Assembly (NCBI GenBank): GCA_050174015.1
Contig: JBFXKG010000005.1
Span: 81,994 to 145,993 of the forward strand
Length of the DNA: 64,000 nt
Source: Candidatus Krumholzibacteriia bacterium
Lineage (GTDB): Bacteria; Krumholzibacteriota; Krumholzibacteriia; LZORAL124-64-63
Direction of reading: 5' to 3'
Part shown: piece after piece, positions 57,307 through 64,000 of the stretch
Layout: every line of letters begins with the position of its first letter
How positions within the stretch are numbered: the first letter of the stretch is position 1
Program-made: the position numbers and the translations under genes
The notes under the pieces: model-generated
Told to the model about the DNA's origin: nothing
The model's database searches: none
The model's input: the letters and a program-made list of their open reading frames with translations, nothing else

Positions 57307-58361
57307 TGGAAATTCTCACCGCTTGGCTGCAAGGATTGCCCGGAATGGGCGGAATGTCGGACCAGGGGCTGTACGTCACCGGGGCCGCCCTGATGGCCAC
57401 CCTAATGTTCACGGTCATGGCCCTGTGCGCCATCGTCTTCACCTGGATGGAGCGCAAGGTCGCGGGCTTCATCCAGAGCCGCTACGGCCCCATGTACACC
57501 GGCCGCTGGCAGGGCTGGGCCCAGGCCGTCGCCGACATGCTGAAGATCCTGGGCAAGGAGGACATCATCCCCGCCCAGGCGGACAAGGGCCTGTTCGTGT
57601 TCGCTCCGATCCTGGTCCTGCTGGGCTCGCTGCTGGCCTGGGCGGCGATCCCCTGGTCGCCGGGCTTCATCGCGGCCGACCTCGACCTGGGTCTGTTCTA
57701 CATCTTCGCCGTCAGCAGCATGGTGGTCATCGGCATCCTCATGGCCGGCTGGGCCTCGAACAACAAGTGGGCCCTCTACGGGGCGGCCCGCGGTGCGGCC
57801 CAGATGGTCAGCTACGAGATCCCGCTGGCCCTGGCGACCATCCCGGTGATCCTGAACGTCGGCTCGCTGAACACCCAGGACATCGTCATCGCCCAGCAGG
57901 GCGGGATGTTCAACTGGTTCGTGTTCCACGATCCCTTCCTGTTCATCGCCTTCTGGATGTACTTCATCGCCTCGATCGCCGAGACCAACCGCGGCCCCTT
58001 CGACATGCCGGAGACGGAGTCGGAGCTGGTGGCCGGCTACCACACCGAGTACACCGGCATGCGGTTCGCCTTCTTCTTCCTGGCCGAGTACGCCAACCTG
58101 TTCCTGGTGGCGATCATCGCCTCGGTGGTGTTCCTGGGCGGCTGGTGGGCCCCGATTCCGGGCCTGGACTTCGCGCCGGCGCTGACGCTGGTGATCAAGG
58201 GCGTGCTGCTGGTCTTCCTGAACATGTGGGTGCGCTGGACCCTGCCGCGCGTCCGCGTGGACCAGCTGATGCACCTGTGCTGGAAAGTGATGATCCCCGT
58301 GACCCTGCTGTGCATCGTGGGTTCGGGACTGTGGATGATCCTGTCGGGCGAGCTCGGGTAA
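57306..58361 (+). CDS. nuoH: NADH-quinone oxidoreductase subunit H
   Basis: TGATG overlap with nuoD; motifs ERKVAGFIQSRYGP, GWASNNKWALYGAARGAAQMVSYEI. Confidence 0.9.
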   Translation: MEILTAWLQGLPGMGGMSDQGLYVTGAALMATLMFTVMALCAIVFTWMERKVAGFIQSRYGPMYTGRWQGWAQAVADMLKILGKEDIIPAQADKGLFVFAPILVLLGSLLAWAAIPWSPGFIAADLDLGLFYIFAVSSMVVIGILMAGWASNNKWALYGAARGAAQMVSYEIPLALATIPVILNVGSLNTQDIVIAQQGGMFNWFVFHDPFLFIAFWMYFIASIAETNRGPFDMPETESELVAGYHTEYTGMRFAFFFLAEYANLFLVAIIASVVFLGGWWAPIPGLDFAPALTLVIKGVLLVFLNMWVRWTLPRVRVDQLMHLCWKVMIPVTLLCIVGSGLWMILSGELG

Positions 58362-58432
58362 CGGTAACGAGCGGGCCTGTTGGCCGCGCCGCGGACGCCG
58401 GGCGCCTGCGGCAAACAAGCGGAGAATAGCCG

Positions 58433-58936
58433 ATGGTCCAGTATTTCCAAGACATCTACTCGGCGGTCAGTTCGGCCCTGGTGGGGATGACCATCACCAT
58501 CAAGCACATCTGGAAGAAGCCGGTGACCCTCCAGTTCCCGGACGAACGCCAGGTGATGCCCCAGCGCTTCCGCGGCTTCGTGCACAACGACACCACCAAG
58601 TGCGACGCCTGCAACATCTGCGCGAAGCTGTGCCCGGTGGACTGCATCTACATCGAGACCGACGGCAAGGGCAAGGACCGGTACATGACCCGGTACGCCA
58701 TCGACTACAACAAGTGCATCTGGTGCTCCCTGTGCACCGAGAACTGCCATACCGGATCGATCACCATGAGCCACGACTACGACCACGCCGTCTACGACCG
58801 CCGGTCGCTGGTCTACGAGTTCATGGATCCCACCGAAGGGAAGGTTCCCTGCCACCGCGCCACGCGGATCGAGCTGGGCTGGTGGGTCGAACCCAAGGAA
58901 GACAAGTCCGACGGGGACAAAGGAGCGGAATCGTGA
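58433..58936 (+). CDS. nuoI: NADH-quinone oxidoreductase subunit I (2x[4Fe-4S])
   Basis: CDACNICAKLCP and CIWCSLCTENCP ferredoxin motifs. Confidence 0.9.
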   Translation: MVQYFQDIYSAVSSALVGMTITIKHIWKKPVTLQFPDERQVMPQRFRGFVHNDTTKCDACNICAKLCPVDCIYIETDGKGKDRYMTRYAIDYNKCIWCSLCTENCHTGSITMSHDYDHAVYDRRSLVYEFMDPTEGKVPCHRATRIELGWWVEPKEDKSDGDKGAES

Positions 58937-59475
58937 CCGGTGACCTGATCTTCATCCTGCTGGCCCTGCTCACCGTGGTGCCCGCAGTCTGGGTGGTCTC
59001 CAGCCGGAACATCGTGCACGCCGGTTTCGGCCTGCTGTTCACGCTGTTCGGGGCCGCGGGCCTGTACGCCTACATGGGCGCGGACTTCATCGCCGTCACC
59101 CAGCTGATGGTCTACATCGGCGGGGTCCTCGTCCTCGTCCTGTTCACGGTGATGATGACCAGGGTGCCGTCCGGCGGCCGGCGGACCCACGGACTGGACC
59201 GCTACGTCCCGGCCGGGGTGTTCGCCGCGCTGGTGTTCGGCGTCCTCTACAAGACCATCACCTCGGTGGAGTGGGGGGGCTCCGAACAGCCGGCCATGCC
59301 CACGATCGCCGAGATCGGGACCAACTTCATGACCAGCTACATCTTTCCCTTCGAGTACGTCTCGCTGGTGTTGCTGGCCGCGCTGATCGGGGCGGCCATC
59401 CTGATCCGGGAACGCCGGGACGGGCAGCCCACCGACGGTGAGAACGGGACCGCCGAACGGGAGGTGCAGCAGTGA
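58933..59475 (+). CDS. nuoJ: NADH-quinone oxidoreductase subunit J
   Basis: GTGA overlap with nuoI; five-TM membrane subunit between nuoI and nuoK. Confidence 0.75.
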   Translation: MTGDLIFILLALLTVVPAVWVVSSRNIVHAGFGLLFTLFGAAGLYAYMGADFIAVTQLMVYIGGVLVLVLFTVMMTRVPSGGRRTHGLDRYVPAGVFAALVFGVLYKTITSVEWGGSEQPAMPTIAEIGTNFMTSYIFPFEYVSLVLLAALIGAAILIRERRDGQPTDGENGTAEREVQQ

Positions 59476-59780
59476 ACGTCGGGTTGCCTCATTTCCTGAC
59501 CGTGGCGGCCGTCCTGTTCTGCCTGGGCCTCTACGCCGTGATGTCCCGGCGCAACGCCGTCGGGATCCTCATGGGCGTCGAGCTGATGCTCAACGCGGCC
59601 AACCTCAACTTCGTGGCCTTTTCCCGCTACGTCCAGCACGGCATCGACGGCCAGATCATGGCCGCCTTCGTCATCGTGCTGGCGGCGGCGGAAGCGGCCG
59701 TGGCCCTGGCCATCGTTCTGGCGATGTTCCGCAATTTCGGCACGGTCCACGCGGACACCGTCCAAAGCCTGAAGCGATAA
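59472..59780 (+). CDS. nuoK: NADH-quinone oxidoreductase subunit K
   Basis: 102 aa, three TM helices; motif GVELMLNAANLNFVAF. Confidence 0.85.
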   Translation: MNVGLPHFLTVAAVLFCLGLYAVMSRRNAVGILMGVELMLNAANLNFVAFSRYVQHGIDGQIMAAFVIVLAAAEAAVALAIVLAMFRNFGTVHADTVQSLKR

Positions 59781-59793
59781 GGGAGTCGAACCG

Positions 59794-61956
59794 GTGATGA
59801 GCGACACCACGGTCCTGTATTCCGCGCTGGCCATCCTGGGGCTGCCCCTGGCCTCCTACGCGCTCACCTTCTTCTTCGGGAAGAAGCTGCCGCGCCGGGG
59901 GGACTTCATCGGGGTCGGGTTCATGGGGATCGCCGAGCTCCTGGCGCTGGGGATCTTCATCCACTTCTGGCGGGTGGGGGATCCGACCTACCGCGTCGAG
60001 GCGGCCTTCAACTGGGTGGACCTGGGCGGTTTCCGCATCGATGCGGGCATCCTGGTCGACGGCATGACCTCGGTGATGCTGATGGTGGTCTGCACCATCA
60101 GCTTCCTGGTCCATCTCTACTCGACCGGCTACATGCACGGGGACCGGCGCTACGAGCGGTTCTTCGCCTTCCTGGGTTTCTTCACCTTCTCCATGCTGGG
60201 CATCGTGCTGGCGAACAACCTGTTCTTCCTGTACGTGTTCTGGGAGCTGGTGGGCCTGTCCAGCTACCTGCTGATCGGGTTCTTCTTCCACAAGCACTCG
60301 GCCGCGAACGCCAACAAGAAGGCGTTCCTGACCAACCGGGTCGGCGACTGGGGCTTCTGGCTGGGCATCCTGGCCTTCTTCACGGCCACCGGCACGCTGA
60401 ACTACTTCGAGCTGTTCGCCCACGTCGAGGCCGGGACCATCAAGGGCGCCCTGCTCTCGTGGGCGGGCGTCGGCCTGTTCATGGGCTGCGTCGGCAAGTC
60501 GGCCCAGATGCCGCTGCACATCTGGCTCCCCGACGCCATGGAGGGCCCGACCCCCGTTTCGGCCCTGATCCACGCCGCCACCATGGTGGCCGCCGGCGTC
60601 TACATGGTCGCCCGGCTGGCGCCCCTGTTCGGGGCGGACGCCATGATGGTGATCCTCTACGTGGGGGCGATCACCGCCTTCATCCCCGCCACCATCGCCC
60701 TGGTCAAGACTGACCTCAAACGGGTGCTGGCCTTCTCGACGCTCAGCCAGCTGGGATACATGGTCATGGCCCTGGGCGCGGGGGACTCCCCCAACGCCAT
60801 GTTCCACCTGACCACCCACGCCATGTTCAAGGCCCTGCTCTTCCTCGGGGCCGGGTCGGTGATCCACGCCGTCCACTCCCAGGAGATCCCGGACATGGGC
60901 GGCCTGCGCAAGAAGATGCCCATCACCTTCGTGACCTTCCTGGTCGGGACGCTGGCGCTGGCCGGCGTGCCCTTCTTCGCGGGCTTCTACTCCAAGGACG
61001 GCATCCTGGGTTCGGCCCTGGCCTTCGGCATGACCAGCGGCCACTACCTGCCCTTCATCCTGGGCATCATGGCGGCGGTTCTGACGCCGTTCTACATGTT
61101 CAGGCTGGTCTTCCTGACCTTCTTCGGCAAGCCACGCGACCAGCACAGGTACGACCACGCCCACGAGTCGGGCCTGACCATGACCATTCCCCTGATGATC
61201 CTGGGAGTCCTGTCGTTCTGCGCTGCCGGCTGGCAGACGGCCGACAAGGGCTGGTTCAGCCGGTTCACGGTGCCCTACGACGTGCCCGCCATCGCCGCGG
61301 AGTTCCACCTGGCGGCTCCGGACCACGCCGACCCCGCCTTCGACACCCAGGGCGGGCACCCCGTCCAGGCGGAGGCCGACCACGGGGACGCCCACGCGGA
61401 CGCCGGCCACGCCGAACCCGCCCCCGGCGGGGACGCCCATGGGGAACAGGCCCACGGGGAAGCCGCTCACGGGGGCGGCCATCACGACGTCGCCCACACG
61501 GCCCACCTGAGGGCGATGGTCATGTCCATCATCATGGTGATCGTCGGCATCGCCGGCGCCTACTGGGTCTACTTCCTGCGCAAGGTCGATACCCCCGCCA
61601 TCCAGCGACGGCTGTCCGGGGCCTACGAGACGCTGCAGGGACAGTATTTCTTCGATGAGCTGTACGCGGCGACCCTCTACCGGTTCACCCTGTGGTGGGC
61701 CATGATGTGCGCCGCCTTCGATCGCATCGTCATCGACGGCATCGTCAACGGCACCGGCTACCTGACCCGCTCGGTGAGCTGGATCTCGGGCCTGGCCGAC
61801 AAGTACATCGTCGACGGCGCGGTGAACGGCATCGCCACCGTCCTGCAGGGCGCCGGCGAAGGCATCCGTCGTCTGCAAACAGGCCGGATCCAGACCTACC
61901 TGGCGTACACCAGCGCTTCGGTCCTGATCCTGATCCTGGTCTACAAGGTTCTGTAA
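59794..61956 (+). CDS. nuoL: NADH-quinone oxidoreductase subunit L, with a His-rich insertion
   Basis: Antiporter-like subunit (WLPDAMEGPTPVSALIHAATMV); 720 aa including a roughly 65-aa His/Asp/Ala/Gly-rich insert (about 61300-61510). Confidence 0.85.
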   Translation: MMSDTTVLYSALAILGLPLASYALTFFFGKKLPRRGDFIGVGFMGIAELLALGIFIHFWRVGDPTYRVEAAFNWVDLGGFRIDAGILVDGMTSVMLMVVCTISFLVHLYSTGYMHGDRRYERFFAFLGFFTFSMLGIVLANNLFFLYVFWELVGLSSYLLIGFFFHKHSAANANKKAFLTNRVGDWGFWLGILAFFTATGTLNYFELFAHVEAGTIKGALLSWAGVGLFMGCVGKSAQMPLHIWLPDAMEGPTPVSALIHAATMVAAGVYMVARLAPLFGADAMMVILYVGAITAFIPATIALVKTDLKRVLAFSTLSQLGYMVMALGAGDSPNAMFHLTTHAMFKALLFLGAGSVIHAVHSQEIPDMGGLRKKMPITFVTFLVGTLALAGVPFFAGFYSKDGILGSALAFGMTSGHYLPFILGIMAAVLTPFYMFRLVFLTFFGKPRDQHRYDHAHESGLTMTIPLMILGVLSFCAAGWQTADKGWFSRFTVPYDVPAIAAEFHLAAPDHADPAFDTQGGHPVQAEADHGDAHADAGHAEPAPGGDAHGEQAHGEAAHGGGHHDVAHTAHLRAMVMSIIMVIVGIAGAYWVYFLRKVDTPAIQRRLSGAYETLQGQYFFDELYAATLYRFTLWWAMMCAAFDRIVIDGIVNGTGYLTRSVSWISGLADKYIVDGAVNGIATVLQGAGEGIRRLQTGRIQTYLAYTSASVLILILVYKVL

Positions 61957-61998
61957 CGTCCGGGTCGATTCGGAGAACCCCCGAGAGGAGCGCCACGC

Positions 61999-63495
61999 AT
62001 GGGTGAGCACATTCTATCCTGGATGACTTTCTTCCCGGTCATCGGGGCGGCTGTGATCGCTTTCATTCCGTCGGAGCGGAAAGAGATCATCAAGACGGTG
62101 GCGGCGGCCGCGGCGGCCGTGCCCCTGATCCTCGCCGTGCAGCTGTTCATGAACTTCGACCGGGGGACCTCGGCCTTCCAGTTCGTCGAGCACTACACCT
62201 GGATCAAGAGCTTCAACATCGAGTACTTCATGGGGATCGACGGCCTCAGTATCCCGATGGTGTTGCTGACGGCGCTCCTGTCCTTCCTGTGCGTGATCGC
62301 GTCCTGGGGCATCGAGAAGGCCGTCAAGGGCTACTTCTCGCTGTTCCTGGTCCTTGAAGCGGGCATGTTCGGTGTGTTCTGCGCCCTGGACTTCTTCCTG
62401 TTCTACGTGTTCTGGGAAGTGATGCTGCTGCCGATGTACTTCCTGATCGGCATCTGGGGCGGACCGCGCCGCGAGTACGCCGCCATCAAGTTCTTCCTGT
62501 ACACCCTGGCCGGTTCGGTGCTGATGCTGCTGGCGATGATCGCCTTCTACCTGAACACGGTGGACCCGGTCACCGGCGGCCACACCTTCAACATGCTGCA
62601 CATGTTCGACCAGGCCAACCACAACAGCTGGCTGCAGCTGACCAACGTCCGCCACCTGCTGTGGCTGGGCCTGTTCATCGGCTTCGCCATCAAGGTGCCC
62701 ATCTTCCCGTTCCACACCTGGTTGCCCGACGCCCACGTCGAGGCTCCCACCGCCGTGTCCGTCATCCTGGCCGGCGTGCTGCTGAAGATGGGAACCTACG
62801 GCATCCTGCGCATCAGCTATCCCATGCTGCCGGACCAGGCGCTGTGGTTCAGCTATCCGCTGGCGATCCTCGGCGCCATCAACATCCTCTACGGCGCCTA
62901 CTGCGCCATGGCCCAGTCGGACATGAAGAAGCTGGTGGCCTACTCGTCCGTTTCGCACATGGGCTACGTGCTGCTGGGCATGGCCGCCTTCACCGAGGCG
63001 GGCATCAACGGCGCCGTGCTGCAGATGTTCAACCACGGCACCATCACCGCCATGATGTTCCTCTGCGTGGGCGTGGTCTACGACCGGGCCCACACCCGCG
63101 AGATCAACGGCTTCGGCGGCCTGATGACCCAGATGCCCGTCTACGGCACCGTGTTCTCCTTCGCCCTCTTCGCCGCCCTGGGCCTGCCCGGGCTGAGCGG
63201 CTTCGTGAGCGAGGCAATGATCTTCATGGGCGCCTTCCCCGTGTACCGGACGGTGGCCATGATCAGCGCCCTGGGCATCATCGTCGGCGCCGCCTACGTG
63301 CTCTGGATGCTGCAGCGGGTGTTCCTCGGTCCCAAGAACGAGAAGTGGGATTCGCTGCCCGACATCAACACGCGGGAGATGTTCACCCTGGTGCCCATCG
63401 GCGTCATCGTTCTGCTGCTGGGCGTGTACCCCATGCCGGTGCTGAACCTGATGAAGGTGTCCCTGAACAACCTGATCAAGGTGGTGGCCGGCTGA
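61999..63495 (+). CDS. nuoM: NADH-quinone oxidoreductase subunit M
   Basis: Antiporter-like subunit; motif FPFHTWLPDAHVEAPTAVSVILAGVLLKMG. Confidence 0.9.
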   Translation: MGEHILSWMTFFPVIGAAVIAFIPSERKEIIKTVAAAAAAVPLILAVQLFMNFDRGTSAFQFVEHYTWIKSFNIEYFMGIDGLSIPMVLLTALLSFLCVIASWGIEKAVKGYFSLFLVLEAGMFGVFCALDFFLFYVFWEVMLLPMYFLIGIWGGPRREYAAIKFFLYTLAGSVLMLLAMIAFYLNTVDPVTGGHTFNMLHMFDQANHNSWLQLTNVRHLLWLGLFIGFAIKVPIFPFHTWLPDAHVEAPTAVSVILAGVLLKMGTYGILRISYPMLPDQALWFSYPLAILGAINILYGAYCAMAQSDMKKLVAYSSVSHMGYVLLGMAAFTEAGINGAVLQMFNHGTITAMMFLCVGVVYDRAHTREINGFGGLMTQMPVYGTVFSFALFAALGLPGLSGFVSEAMIFMGAFPVYRTVAMISALGIIVGAAYVLWMLQRVFLGPKNEKWDSLPDINTREMFTLVPIGVIVLLLGVYPMPVLNLMKVSLNNLIKVVAG

Positions 63496-63523
63496 ACCGG
63501 CCCTGCATGAGGAGTGCTCCTCG

Positions 63524-64000
63524 ATGGAACTGTTGAACGTGAACATTCCCAGCTGGTCGGATCTGGGCTACTGGATTCCCGAGGCGGTGCTGTGCGGCAC
63601 GTTCCTGGTCGCCTTGATCGCCGATCTGATCGTGCGCGGCCGCCGGCCCTGGCTGCCGTTCGCGGTCTCGGTCTTCGGCCTGATCACCGCCGGCAGCTAC
63701 GCGGTGGCCGCCCTCCTGCCCGCCGATCCGACGGCGCGCACGATCATGGGCGATCTGGTGGTGGTCGACGGCCTGGCCGGATTCTTCCGTCTGCTGTTCA
63801 TCTTCGCCGGCCTGATGACCGTGCTCTTCGCCTGGACCAGCGAGGAGATCATGGGCCGCAAGCGGGAGAACAAGGGCGAATTCTACGCCCTGACCGTCCT
63901 GATGACCGCGGCCATGTGCGTCATGGCCGAGGCCCGGGACCTGCTGATGCTCTACCTGTCCATGGAGGCGGTGGGCCTGATCAGCTACGTCATGGCCGGC
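63524..64000 (+). CDS. nuoN: NADH-quinone oxidoreductase subunit N (5' partial, runs off the window end)
   Basis: MELLNVNIPSWSDLGYWIPEAVLCGTF... polytopic; follows nuoM. Confidence 0.7.
   Translation, partial: MELLNVNIPSWSDLGYWIPEAVLCGTFLVALIADLIVRGRRPWLPFAVSVFGLITAGSYAVAALLPADPTARTIMGDLVVVDGLAGFFRLLFIFAGLMTVLFAWTSEEIMGRKRENKGEFYALTVLMTAAMCVMAEARDLLMLYLSMEAVGLISYVMAG

Overview
This is a high-GC (about 65-70%) bacterial chromosomal segment, probably from an anaerobic or microaerophilic Gram-negative organism. It is gene-dense on both strands, with no rRNA, tRNA, CRISPR or transposase genes recognised. The following blocks were called from the sequence.

- **1-7.6 kb, chemotaxis operon:** cheA-cheW-cheR-cheD-HDOD-cheY-cheX-cheB.
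- **7.7-9.6 kb, second module (convergent):** cheY-like regulator, a tandem-CheX-domain protein and a single-domain CheC/CheX-like protein.
- **9.8-20.4 kb, housekeeping and stress genes:** thiI, pgi, a Met-rich lipoprotein, a sulfatase, perR-ahpC, an ECF sigma/anti-sigma/DUF4097 triad and two outer-membrane beta-barrel/porin genes.
- **21.0-27.3 kb:** M14 carboxypeptidase, ettA, and a single ORF carrying an RluA-type pseudouridine synthase fused to an RlmI-like methyltransferase.
- **27.5-29.8 kb:** CadC-like winged-helix regulator fused to a TolB-like propeller.
- **29.8-30.3 kb:** about 460 nt with no convincing gene, ending in a terminator-like hairpin.
- **30.3-33.6 kb:** sigma-70-family factor, rhodanese, SH3b-like protein and M48 peptidase.
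- **33.6-38.1 kb, cAMP-signalling module:** CHASE2 adenylate cyclase, an MBL hydrolase and an MscS channel with a cNMP-binding domain.
- **38.3-38.9 kb:** a secreted Ala/Cys-rich tandem-repeat protein preceded by an AT-rich palindromic promoter/operator.
- **39.1-44.6 kb:** a second ECF sigma pair, an ApaH-like phosphatase, a beta-CASP RNase, three related palindromic elements and an octaheme c-type cytochrome.
- **46.3-50.8 kb, the most unusual feature:** three tandem A/B pairs of secreted paralogous proteins, all ending in SWGSVKALF. Each pair has its own AT-rich promoter region containing the dyad GGAAAAATTCC and its own terminator.
- **50.9-54.1 kb:** a convergent lipoprotein and PEGA-protein operon and rlmH.
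- **54.4-64.0 kb, nuo operon:** nuoABCD-HIJKLMN with no nuoEFG; nuoL carries a His-rich insertion.

Many long overlapping ORFs in the six-frame track are GC-driven artefacts and were not called.
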